Shown: positions 1 through 8,881, counted from the first letter of the stretch. The stretch is DNA of 64,000 bases from an uncultured Verrucomicrobiae bacterium (GCA_963801815.1 CAWDGJ010000002.1:416001-480000), one strand, 5' to 3'. Program-made: numbers and translations. The notes: generated from the letters alone by a model not told the origin.

Positions 1-630
1 CGATTACATATCGGCTACACGAGTTTCGACGATTACCTTGGACAAATCGGTTACGTATCGCGCAAGAGCTTGCGGCGAAAATTTCGAAAAACGGAGAATG
101 CGGTGAAGATCGAAATGGAGGTTGTGACCGATGTCACCCCTTGCATCGATGAGATTTACCCACTGTATCTACAGGTCCACGAGCGCTCACCGATGAAATT
201 TGAAGTGCTAACCAAAGAGTTCTTTACCGAGATCGGCCGAACAATGCCGGAGAGGGCGCGCTTTTTCATCTGGCGACAATCCGGGAAAATCATTGCGTTC
301 AGCCTCTGCCTCGTTTCAGGAGATACGATTCACGATGAATGCCTCGGCTTGGATTACGAAGTGGCTTTCGAACTCTATCTTTATTTCTACACCCTCCGCG
401 ATGTGATTAGCTGGTCGATGACTCAGGGGCTTCGTTATTATTCAAGCGGCCCCCTCAATTACGATCCCAAGTTGCATCTCGGCCACGAACTCGCCCCACT
501 CGATCTTTACGTGATGCACACGAAACCATTGTTGAATCCAATTTTCCAATTCGCGGTGAAATATCTCGAACCGACCCGGCATGATCCGATCTTGAAGAAA
601 TTTTCAAACGCCGCAGAACTCACCGCGTAA
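1..630 (+). CDS. GNAT/FemAB-like acyltransferase-fold protein (5' partial)
   Basis: Frame is open from base 1 (RLHIGYTSFDDYL...RKSLRRKF). Motifs 'FDDYL..R..LRRK', 'GLDY', 'LYF' and 'YDPKLHLG' are typical of FemAB/GNAT-like proteins. Confidence 0.7.
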   Translation, partial: RLHIGYTSFDDYLGQIGYVSRKSLRRKFRKTENAVKIEMEVVTDVTPCIDEIYPLYLQVHERSPMKFEVLTKEFFTEIGRTMPERARFFIWRQSGKIIAFSLCLVSGDTIHDECLGLDYEVAFELYLYFYTLRDVISWSMTQGLRYYSSGPLNYDPKLHLGHELAPLDLYVMHTKPLLNPIFQFAVKYLEPTRHDPILKKFSNAAELTA

Positions 631-640
631 AGCCGACATC

Positions 641-1045
641 ATGTCTGATCAACCTACCGGTTTTCGTAATCCCTGGTTTCAGTTCGTGCTGAACATCATT
701 GGCGTTGTCGTTTACGAATTGCTGTTGAAAGCCGGTGCTTCGGCCACTGCCGATCCGACAAGAAGCTGGTCGTGGCTGGGGATAACGGCTCTCCAGTCAC
801 CGCTTACCTGGGTCGCCATTGGTGTAATCATCGTTGATCTCGTGATCTGGCTTTACATTCTGAGGTACATTCCGCTGTCGATCGCGTTTCCGTTGTCGCG
901 AACCGTTGACGTGCTGGTGCCGATCAGCTGCTGGCTCATTCTCAGAGAGACAATCTCACCGATGCGATGGTGTGGCATCGCCCTTGTAATCATTGGGCTG
1001 GTCATCGTCGCCAAACCAGCGGCTGAATTGGAGGAACGCCTGTGA
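641..1045 (+). CDS. EamA/SMR-family small membrane transporter (ArnE/ArnF-like)
   Basis: 134 aa, about 4 TM segments, 'PLSIAFPL' and 'ETISPMRWCGIALVIIG' motifs. Confidence 0.75.
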   Translation: MSDQPTGFRNPWFQFVLNIIGVVVYELLLKAGASATADPTRSWSWLGITALQSPLTWVAIGVIIVDLVIWLYILRYIPLSIAFPLSRTVDVLVPISCWLILRETISPMRWCGIALVIIGLVIVAKPAAELEERL

Positions 1046-1386
1046 CGCCGGTGGCCCTCATCATTATTTTGATCTGGCTGGCCACCTTCGTCGCGGGACA
1101 GCTTCTTTTTAAGCGGGCGATGGAATTGTCGAGAGCGGTCGGATTCAAGAACCGCCGGACCATTTCAGTTCTGGGCATCGGGATCCTGGTGATGACGGTT
1201 TCGTTTTGTCTAAACCTCGGTTTGCTTCAGCATTTCGATCTCAGCTATCTTTATCCGTTCCAGGGCTCGAGTATCATCATCATCACCTTGCTGGCGGCGA
1301 TCGTTTTGAAGGAACGATTAACGTCCCGATTAGTTTTGGGCACATTGTTGATTGCTGCCGGCGTGGTGCTCGTTTCACTGAGCTAG
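1042..1386 (+). CDS. EamA/SMR-family small membrane transporter (partner subunit)
   Basis: 114 aa, 'GQLLFK', 'DLSYLYPF', 'LKERLT'; GTGA overlap with the upstream gene. Confidence 0.75.
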   Translation: MTPVALIIILIWLATFVAGQLLFKRAMELSRAVGFKNRRTISVLGIGILVMTVSFCLNLGLLQHFDLSYLYPFQGSSIIIITLLAAIVLKERLTSRLVLGTLLIAAGVVLVSLS

Positions 1387-2214
1387 CGCCGGCCACAAGC
1401 GCGCAAGGGTGGCGAAGTTGATCCTTCTGATTTCCGCGGCCGGCGGCAGCTCGAGCTTTGGATGATCCCAATTCGAGGCGAACTTTTGCTTCCAACGCGC
1501 GTATTTCGGTTCCGAGAACCCGCCACAGATGTCGCCGGCGACGATTTGATTCTGTTCGCGCAACTTTGCCAGCGCCCATTCAATATCGTCGACCATAAAT
1601 CGACCGTTCTCCCAATTCGTAACGATCTGGTCAGCGGCAAGACAATCGAGATCAATCGTAACGTAAACATTCATACCGCGAAATCCCGCGGCGAACTTTT
1701 CAAAGTGCTCGCACCAGTTCTCACGCAGGATCGCGCCGGGACGTTGTCGATCTTGCGGCGGTCGATCATCAGCCCAGGGATGGACTTCAAGTTTGCCGGC
1801 GCGTTGCGCGGAACGGTTGGCAAAGATGTTGTGCGGCCACCAGCATTCGAAATTCCCGCAACCCCAGATTGCAATATGCCGCAGCCGGTCAAGTTCGAGC
1901 GCGCGATTGATCCAGCCGCCGCACGCCCATCTGGGCGGGCGAATGTCCCAATCAGGATGATTATCAAACGAAACCAGAACAAAGGGTTTTGTGACGCGGC
2001 GAAGCCAAAGCGCGGTCAGATAATGAAAGTCGCCCGAGCCATAAAGCGTGAATGGCATCACGCGCGCTGAGAATTCGCGATAAAACCCCTCGACCACCCG
2101 TGGTGGCGCGCAGAAACGCAATCGCGGTCCCCATTCCCGCGCGTCGACGGTCGCTAGCTGCAACGGCTCATCTCGCCAGGCGTCGTCGAGATTGAGATGA
2201 AGTGCGCCGCTCAG
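1375..2214 (-). CDS. Arginase/ureohydrolase-family protein
   Basis: GSGDFHY, FDNHPD and YVTIDLDCL metal motifs. The track starts at TTG 2163; the frame stays open to a CTG at 2214, so the start is uncertain. Confidence 0.75.
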   Translation of the reverse strand: MSGALHLNLDDAWRDEPLQLATVDAREWGPRLRFCAPPRVVEGFYREFSARVMPFTLYGSGDFHYLTALWLRRVTKPFVLVSFDNHPDWDIRPPRWACGGWINRALELDRLRHIAIWGCGNFECWWPHNIFANRSAQRAGKLEVHPWADDRPPQDRQRPGAILRENWCEHFEKFAAGFRGMNVYVTIDLDCLAADQIVTNWENGRFMVDDIEWALAKLREQNQIVAGDICGGFSEPKYARWKQKFASNWDHPKLELPPAAEIRRINFATLARLWPALAQ

Positions 2215-2220
2215 AGAGAA

Positions 2221-4164
2221 TTATTTCTGCGGATGGGATTTGAACCGGTTGTCGCTTTGTTTCGCGACGCGGAGATTTTCAGCGACCTCGGTCAGACTGG
2301 GATCGAGGCGCAACGCCTCTTCGTACTCCAGGATTGCCTGGGACGTTTGTCCTTGCTGCAAAAGCAGAGTGCCGAGATTGCTATGAACGTCCGCGCGTTT
2401 GGGGTCGAGCCGGAGTGCTTCCATAAAATGCATTTCCGCGCGCTTGAAATCGCCTTTGCTCAAGAATGCAGTGGCCAGCTCGGATTGGGCATCGACCATT
2501 TTAGGATCGACATCTAGCGCTCGCTCGTATTGCGCAATCGCGGCATCGAGCTCTCCTCGCTTGTCCAGAAACATCGCGTAGGCATAAATCGGCATTGCCG
2601 ATTTTGAACTTAATCGAATTGCAGCCTCGTATTCGGTGCGCGCATTCTCCGGCTGGCCGAGACGCTCCAGAAGATAGGCGTAAGCGGAATGAGTTTCGGC
2701 GGTGTTCGGATCTAGCTGGATCGCCCTTTCGTAATTTTTTTGGGCGTCATCCAGCTTCGACTTGGACAGATAGAGTTGGGCGCGGTTTATGTAAACTTTT
2801 GCGTAGTCAGGGTCGAATTGCAGCGCGATTTGGTATTCTTTCTCCGCTTCGTCGAGACGGCCAGCCTTTTGCAGCACTGTGCCGTAGTTGAAATGGGCCC
2901 GCGCACTCGATGGCAGATCAGAAACTACATAACTGTTCTGTTCGATTTCCGGGGCCGCGCGATAAACTTTACCAAACCACATCGCGGCGAGCGGCAATAC
3001 AAAGGCGACCGCCCATTTTGCCCCATGTGCCGCCCAACTCGGAACAAGACCGCCGAGGCTTATGTCCGCAGTGCCGCCCGCGAGTCCGAGCGATTGACGC
3101 GTCGACTTTTCGCGAACTTTCCAAATGAAACCGTCGTAATAAAAATGGAGCAGGCCGGACGCCGCAACGAGGCCGGTCAGCAGGCGCGTCAGCGTTTCCA
3201 TTCCAATGTGCGAATTTAAATAACCGATCGAGCCGTAGGCAAAAACCAATCCGACATACAGCCCAATCAACGCGCCGCTACGGCGGAAAATGAAGCGCAT
3301 AAACCCGCCAATCGAGCTGTCCTTTTCGACGCGGTTGCGATTGTAAATCCAAACCAGCGACAGGTACTGGACGTCGTGAAAAACTTCGAACAAGGCGATA
3401 CCAGCGAGAATATTCGCCACGCCGTTATTGCAATACCACCAAAACGCGACGCTGGTTGCGAAAAGCGCGAGCTTTACAGGGTTTTGCCGCGTTCCCGACG
3501 TCCACATCCAAACGTAATTTCCGAGCCAGATGATCGAAATCGCGATCGCCCCGAAAAGAAATGTTTGCTGCAGCGCATGAACGCCGACCGGCGGGATAAA
3601 TGGCAAGCCACATCCGTAAAAGCCCTCGAGCGTATCGGTCATTCTTGCCGGCGAAAGAATCACGCCTGCCGCAAACCAGATTCCGCAGGTTGCGAAATCC
3701 AGTCGCCGCGTTAGCACCGCAAAAGAACCCATCTTCGCGTCGTAGATGCGACCGAAGCCGTAGGTCTGCATCATTCCGTGCCAGATCCCCCACAAGAAGA
3801 CGATCATCACGACGGGATTCGTCTTGATGTCCCAAAAATAAAAACCGATACAGACCGCCAGCAAAAAGACCGGAGCGATGATGAAACGCCATTTGAATCG
3901 CTCGAACAAGGCGCGGTCGCCATAGGCTCGAATCATTCCAGGCAAGTGATGTCCCATTGCGCCAAACGCGGCGACGAACAGATAAATTTCCTGCGCGCTC
4001 CACCGTGCTTGCGCGGCCATGAAAAGCGGGACGATGAGCAGCGGGGTCCCGACGTAGAGGATCAGGTCGCGCCAGCTGTCGAGGATCCACGGATTACGCT
4101 TCGGTACTATAGCCCGTACCGGCGGAACGGTTTCAGGGCGCGAGAATGCGGTGACATGCTGCAT
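2221..4164 (-). CDS. Polytopic membrane protein with His motifs fused to C-terminal TPR repeats
   Basis: About 10 TM segments with GHH, WHG, FHD and LHF motifs, then about 6 TPRs. Start placed at MQHVTAF. Confidence 0.75.
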   Translation of the reverse strand: MQHVTAFSRPETVPPVRAIVPKRNPWILDSWRDLILYVGTPLLIVPLFMAAQARWSAQEIYLFVAAFGAMGHHLPGMIRAYGDRALFERFKWRFIIAPVFLLAVCIGFYFWDIKTNPVVMIVFLWGIWHGMMQTYGFGRIYDAKMGSFAVLTRRLDFATCGIWFAAGVILSPARMTDTLEGFYGCGLPFIPPVGVHALQQTFLFGAIAISIIWLGNYVWMWTSGTRQNPVKLALFATSVAFWWYCNNGVANILAGIALFEVFHDVQYLSLVWIYNRNRVEKDSSIGGFMRFIFRRSGALIGLYVGLVFAYGSIGYLNSHIGMETLTRLLTGLVAASGLLHFYYDGFIWKVREKSTRQSLGLAGGTADISLGGLVPSWAAHGAKWAVAFVLPLAAMWFGKVYRAAPEIEQNSYVVSDLPSSARAHFNYGTVLQKAGRLDEAEKEYQIALQFDPDYAKVYINRAQLYLSKSKLDDAQKNYERAIQLDPNTAETHSAYAYLLERLGQPENARTEYEAAIRLSSKSAMPIYAYAMFLDKRGELDAAIAQYERALDVDPKMVDAQSELATAFLSKGDFKRAEMHFMEALRLDPKRADVHSNLGTLLLQQGQTSQAILEYEEALRLDPSLTEVAENLRVAKQSDNRFKSHPQK

Positions 4165-4301
4165 GGCCGTGGCGGGGTCTATTTTCCTCAAACTGTCGAG
4201 AAAATCAATCCCGGGACGATTCCGACTTGGCAAAAGGCAAGATCGTCGTCATCTCCCATGCGCGCGATTTTGCCCGGCAACGCGAAGATAGAGTGAGAAT
4301 A

Positions 4302-4778
4302 ATGAGTCGAACACAACCTGTGGAACTAAAAGAGCACGAAAAGGAGCGCGATTTATTTTGCGTAGTCAGTGATGCGTTCCGAATCTTCGCCCGCCGCTCG
4401 TCGCTTATTCTTGGCAGCGCCTGGGCTTTTGCGGCCGCGATTCTGATCATCGCCGTCTGGGCGGTGACCGGCCCGATGTTTAACTTTTCGGACACCTGGC
4501 AGCTGATCATCAATACCGGAACCACCATCGTCACGTTCCTGATGGTGTTTCTGATTCAGAACACCCAGAACCGCGATTCCAAGGCGATGCATTTGAAGCT
4601 CGATGAAATTATTCGCGCGTTACAGAAAGCGCGGAACGAGTTGGTGGATCTGGAAGACCTTTCCGATGAAGAATTGGACAAGCTGGAAAATCAATTCAGG
4701 CGTTTGCGCACGAAAGCGGAGAACCAGGGCACGAATATGCGCCACGTCGAGCCTGAAACCGTCGAACCCAATCGTTAA
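4302..4778 (+). CDS. Low-affinity iron permease (Fet4-like) family protein
   Basis: Signature 'FSDTWQLIINTGTTIVTFLMVFLIQNTQNRD..AMHLKLDEIIRA'. Confidence 0.85.
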   Translation: MSRTQPVELKEHEKERDLFCVVSDAFRIFARRSSLILGSAWAFAAAILIIAVWAVTGPMFNFSDTWQLIINTGTTIVTFLMVFLIQNTQNRDSKAMHLKLDEIIRALQKARNELVDLEDLSDEELDKLENQFRRLRTKAENQGTNMRHVEPETVEPNR

Positions 4779-4779
4779 C

Positions 4780-5451
4780 TCAACTCTCGTTCGGTTTTTG
4801 GGCGACACCGGTCCGCAAGAAACCTTTTCCGCTTGGACAAAGTTTAAAAACCTCGCACTTCGCGCAATCTGGTTTGCGCGCAAAACAACGCCGCCGGCCG
4901 TGCCAGATCAACCAGTGACTCCATTCGGTCCAGTGTTCTTTCGGTACGAGCTTCATCAGGTCCTGCTCGATTTTCTCCGGGTCCTTGTGCTTGGTTAGAC
5001 CGAGTCGTTGCGACAAACGGATCACGTGGGTGTCGACCACGATTCCCTCATTCATCCCGAACGCGTTTCCCAGGACCACGTTGGCCGTTTTGCGGCCGAC
5101 GCCCGGCAGCTCGCGCAGGTGTTCCATCGAATCAGGAACTTTGCCGCCGAACTTCTTCGCGATCGTCGATGTTGCGCCCTGAATACTTCTGGTCTTGCTC
5201 CGAAAAAACCCTGTCGACTTGATCGCGTTCTCCAGTTCGGTCGCCGGCGCGTTCGCGTAATCCCTGGCCATCCGATATTTTTTGAACAACGCTGGCGTAA
5301 CCAGGTTCACGCGCTTATCGGTGCATTGCGCCGAGAGTATTGTGGCGACCAATAACTCGAGCGGCGTTTTGAAATTTAGCTCCGTGTGCGCGTTTGGATA
5401 AACCCTCGGCCAAACTTTGATCAACTTCGCAACCCGCTCGCGAGGAGTCAT
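4780..5451 (-). CDS. nth: Endonuclease III
   Basis: LSAQCTD, HhH motif LPGVGRKTANVVL, VDTHV, 4Fe-4S motif CFARKPDCAKCEVFKLC. Confidence 0.95.
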   Translation of the reverse strand: MTPRERVAKLIKVWPRVYPNAHTELNFKTPLELLVATILSAQCTDKRVNLVTPALFKKYRMARDYANAPATELENAIKSTGFFRSKTRSIQGATSTIAKKFGGKVPDSMEHLRELPGVGRKTANVVLGNAFGMNEGIVVDTHVIRLSQRLGLTKHKDPEKIEQDLMKLVPKEHWTEWSHWLIWHGRRRCFARKPDCAKCEVFKLCPSGKGFLRTGVAQKPNES

Positions 5452-5759
5452 CGCGGCCGAACCGATTGAACCGCCTCGCCCCATTTTTGCTTGGCGGTCT
5501 GGACTGCATGCTTGCCGCGCCGCACCGCGTAACGGGCCCAGGCAAATTCAGTCGCAAGAATCACCAGCCCAATCGGAATAACAATCGATCCCGGACCCGG
5601 CAGAAAAATAAGCGCAACGCCAAACAACACGATCGTGCAGCCGATCACACCAATAATGAGCCGGCGCAGAATTTTCGGCAGGCGGTTCAGGCCAATCGTT
5701 TCCCGAATTTTCCTGATCCATTGCACACTTCGCTCTAGCGCACGTGCGCAATGTTGCAA
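5448..5759 (-). CDS. PGPGW-domain small membrane protein
   Basis: 'LPGPGSIVIPIGLVILATEFAWAR' motif. Confidence 0.75.
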   Translation of the reverse strand: MQHCARALERSVQWIRKIRETIGLNRLPKILRRLIIGVIGCTIVLFGVALIFLPGPGSIVIPIGLVILATEFAWARYAVRRGKHAVQTAKQKWGEAVQSVRPR

Positions 5760-7028
5760 CTATTCGGCGAACTTCGCGAGCTTCTGACTCAGCTCCGGCG
5801 GAACGTGCGCCACGATGATCGCGTCGTTGCCTTCGTATTTTAATTCAAGCACGTGGCCGACGCGGTGGATCTCGGCGACCAACGCCGACTCGCTCGCTGG
5901 AATTTTGAAACGCGAACGCAATCGCCACGCGCTTAGCGCGTTCTGCAATGCCTGTACGAGTTTGTTTACGTTTTCGCCCGTGCGAGCCGAGATCGCCACG
6001 CTTCCCGAAAATCTTCGCAGATAAGTTTCAATCAGATCCCGATTCTGCAGATTGTCGATCTTGTTGAAAACGATCAGCGTTTGCTTTCCAAACGCGTTGA
6101 GCTCCTTGATCACGCCCTCGACCGCTTCGATCTGATCGTCCACGCGCGTGTGTGAAAGATCGACAATATGAATGAGCAGATCGGCCTCGCTCACTTCTTC
6201 GAGCGTCGCTTTGAACGATTCGATCAGGGTGTGCGGAAGTTTTCGCAAAAATCCGACCGTGTCGGTGAGAAGCACGCGCTGTTTGTTGGGCAAAACGAAA
6301 CTGCGCGTCGTCGGATCGAGCGTTGCAAAAAGTTTGTTTTCCGCGACCACGTCCGCACCAGTCAGCAGATTCAACAGGGTGGATTTGCCGGCATTCGTGT
6401 AACCAACCACCGCCGCCACTGGCCATTGATGACGTTTGCGTCCCTGCCGCTGCACTGCCCGCGTCTTGCGGACTGATTCCAACTCGCGCTCCAATCGTGC
6501 AATTCGTTCCTGCACCCGGCGCCGGTCCACTTCCAACTGCGTTTCACCTGGACCGCGAGTGCCGATTCCACCGGTTTGCCGGGACAAGTGGTGCCACATT
6601 CGGGTCAATCGCGGCAAAAGATATTGAAGTTGCGCCAGTTCAATCTGCAATCGGCCTTCGCGACTGCGCGCGCGCTGCGCGAAAATGTCGAGAATCAATT
6701 GCGTACGGTCGAGAACTTTGCGCGAAAGAAGATTTTCCAAATTGCGCCCCTGCGCGGGCGAAAGTTCGTCATCGAAAATCACGGAGGTAACTTCGCGATC
6801 TTGGAACGAATGCTTGATTGCTTCGGCTTTTCCTTTGCCGATGTAGTACGGCGCCGTCGGCCGATCCAATTTTTGCGTGATGGTATCGACAACTTCAGCG
6901 CCCGCGGAATTCGCAAGCTCGGCCAATTCTTCGAGCGAATCCTGCAAGTCCCATTTCGAGACGCCTTGCTTTTCCAGACCGATCAATAAGGCGCGCTCGT
7001 GATTTTTTTTCGGACGAGTTTCAATCAT
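5760..7028 (-). CDS. hflX: Ribosome-splitting GTPase HflX
   Basis: GYTNAGKST, FATLDPT, DTVGF, NKID and 'GPGETQLEVDRR'. Confidence 0.97.
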   Translation of the reverse strand: MIETRPKKNHERALLIGLEKQGVSKWDLQDSLEELAELANSAGAEVVDTITQKLDRPTAPYYIGKGKAEAIKHSFQDREVTSVIFDDELSPAQGRNLENLLSRKVLDRTQLILDIFAQRARSREGRLQIELAQLQYLLPRLTRMWHHLSRQTGGIGTRGPGETQLEVDRRRVQERIARLERELESVRKTRAVQRQGRKRHQWPVAAVVGYTNAGKSTLLNLLTGADVVAENKLFATLDPTTRSFVLPNKQRVLLTDTVGFLRKLPHTLIESFKATLEEVSEADLLIHIVDLSHTRVDDQIEAVEGVIKELNAFGKQTLIVFNKIDNLQNRDLIETYLRRFSGSVAISARTGENVNKLVQALQNALSAWRLRSRFKIPASESALVAEIHRVGHVLELKYEGNDAIIVAHVPPELSQKLAKFAE

Positions 7029-7932
7029 TCCCTTGCGCTACTCCCGACGTTTTCGCGACTTGCGAAATCCGCTTTACAGCTTCGACGTGACTTAGCACCG
7101 ATAAATTCAGCGGTTGAAAATTAGTTTGTCGCCGAAACCAGGTCAACTGCCTTTTGGCGTAACGCCGCGTCGCTTGCTGAATCGCGGCCACGCATTGTTG
7201 GATCGACATCTTCCCTTCAAGCAACTCGCGAATCTCTTTGAGCCCAATCATCTTCGACGCGGTTTCACTCATCGCGCCGGCTGCGCGCACTTCTTCGATC
7301 ACACCGTTTTCAAACATCTTTTCCACGCGGTGATTGATTCGTTGGTAAAGATCCTCGCGCTCTCGAAACACGAAGATGCCTGTGGCGACAGGTGTCTCGC
7401 CTGCATCCCAATCACCGCGCTGTCCCGATGCGGGTTTTCCACTAAGCAGACAAATCTCAATCGCGCGCACAACCCGCCGACGATTTTTGAAATCAACCGC
7501 TGTTTTCGGATCGAGGCCGCACAATTTTTTCTGCAAATCGGCCAGACTGAGTTCATTCAAACGTGCACGCAGATCCGGATCTGCCGACGGCCCGACCGAA
7601 AGCCCATGGGTGAGCGCTTTGATATAAAGTCCGCTCCCACCGACAACGACTGCTAGCTTTCCGCGCGAATGAATTTCGCTGATCACCTGCAGCGCGAGTC
7701 TCCGGAATTTCTGTGCGTTCATCTCTTCTGAGATCGAGGTTGTGCAGATGAGATGATGCCGAACCTTCCTGAGCGTGGCTGGGTCCGGTTTCGCAGTCAG
7801 CAAATCGAGGCCGCGGTAAATTTGAAACGCGTCGGCGCTGACAATTTCGGCATCAATTTTCTGCGCGACATCGACCGCGAGTTCCGATTTACCGGTCGCG
7901 GTCGGACCGACAATAAAGAAAACGCCCTGCAT
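7021..7932 (-). CDS. miaA: tRNA dimethylallyltransferase
   Basis: GPTATGKS, SADAFQIY, GGSGLY, TRRYAKRQLTWFR. Confidence 0.95.
   Translation of the reverse strand: MQGVFFIVGPTATGKSELAVDVAQKIDAEIVSADAFQIYRGLDLLTAKPDPATLRKVRHHLICTTSISEEMNAQKFRRLALQVISEIHSRGKLAVVVGGSGLYIKALTHGLSVGPSADPDLRARLNELSLADLQKKLCGLDPKTAVDFKNRRRVVRAIEICLLSGKPASGQRGDWDAGETPVATGIFVFREREDLYQRINHRVEKMFENGVIEEVRAAGAMSETASKMIGLKEIRELLEGKMSIQQCVAAIQQATRRYAKRQLTWFRRQTNFQPLNLSVLSHVEAVKRISQVAKTSGVAQGND
7382..7404. repeat. REP-like half element inside the miaA CDS
   Basis: GTGGCGACAGGTG-TCT-CGCCTGC: GTAG-like tag plus hairpin; encodes (D)AGETPVAT on the minus strand. Confidence 0.5.
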
Positions 7933-7977
7933 AAAAAATCGGGAGACGCACGCTTCAATCAGCGCTTCGTCTCCCGA
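7933..7977 (-). terminator. Intrinsic terminator after the RRM gene, directly before the miaA ATG
   Basis: Minus strand: TCGGGAGACG...CGTCTCCCGA followed by TTTTTT then ATG. Confidence 0.75.
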
Positions 7978-7997
7978 CTAAAATCACAAAGCTGCGA

Positions 7998-8519
7998 TTA
8001 ATCGTGCGAGTGTTCGCTCGATTTCGCGCCACTGACCACTAGCTTGCGGCCGAGAAATTCCTTGTCGTGCAACTCCTCCACTGCGCGTTTCGCTTCCTCG
8101 ATCGTCTGCATCGAGACGAAGGCGAAACCTTTCGAACGCTGGTTATGGCGATAGCTCACAACCTCGGCGTTCTGGACGTGGCCGACGCCGTTGAAGAGCT
8201 CGAATAGATCGCTCTCCGTCGCATCGAACGACAGATTGCCGACGTAAAGACGCGGCGAAGTGACTTCGATTGACTCAGGTTTACGCTGCGGCCGTGGCTC
8301 CTGCGGTTGTTGCTGATGTTGCTGCTGGCCGTTACGCGATTGCGTAACTGGTTTTCGCTGGCCGCCGCCGTTTCCTCCAAAAAATGCGGCGATTTTCTGC
8401 CAGAATGTTTTTTTCTTCGGAGCTGGCGCGCGACGATCTTGGAAATGCCCGCGGCCGCCCCTTCGTCGAGATCGGCCGCGCCCAGGGCGCTGACGTCTCC
8501 CCTGTTGATACGAGTTCAT
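7998..8519 (-). CDS. RRM RNA-binding protein with N-terminal R/G-rich region
   Basis: RNP2 LYVGNL and RNP1 KGFAFVSM; start placed at MNSYQQ. Confidence 0.9.
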   Translation of the reverse strand: MNSYQQGRRQRPGRGRSRRRGGRGHFQDRRAPAPKKKTFWQKIAAFFGGNGGGQRKPVTQSRNGQQQHQQQPQEPRPQRKPESIEVTSPRLYVGNLSFDATESDLFELFNGVGHVQNAEVVSYRHNQRSKGFAFVSMQTIEEAKRAVEELHDKEFLGRKLVVSGAKSSEHSHD

Positions 8520-8782
8520 GATGATTCTCAATAATTGCCCAATTGTTAAATGGACGGAGCGCCCCGAACACATTCGGGACACGGTCCGCGGCGCGCGAAC
8601 CCTTCAAATAGCAAGCAGTCTGTGGCGCCGCTGGAAACTCCGCCTCGTCGTGCCGGAAATAGAATCGTCTTAGGATACAGCCCGTTTTACTCAGCCAATC
8701 AGATTGCGAAGATGACGAACCTCGCTTCATACTCTTAGCTTCTATGGAAACGGATGCCCAGAATTAGATTCCCGACATCTAC
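8520..8782 (-). ncRNA. Candidate structured 5' leader (or ncRNA) of the RRM gene
   Basis: About 260 nt between a sigma70-like promoter and the ATG, with several hand-identified long-range stems (see findings). Confidence 0.45.
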
Positions 8783-8788
8783 GCGCCG

Positions 8789-8817
8789 ATTATCGCCCGC
8801 CCATCCCGTGTTTGCAA
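8789..8817 (-). promoter_or_regulatory. sigma70-like promoter for the RRM gene
   Basis: TTGCAA-17 nt-GATAAT on the minus strand. Confidence 0.6.
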
Positions 8818-8835
8818 GGGGTGGTTTTTCTAGAG

Positions 8836-8881
8836 CCTCGATCCTCGATGGTTCTAAAAACCAGCATCCAGTATCAAGTAT
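8836..8881. repeat. Degenerate heptamer tandem-inverted repeat
   Basis: CCTCGAT CCTCGAT ... CCAGCAT CCAGTAT CAAGTAT. Confidence 0.5.
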
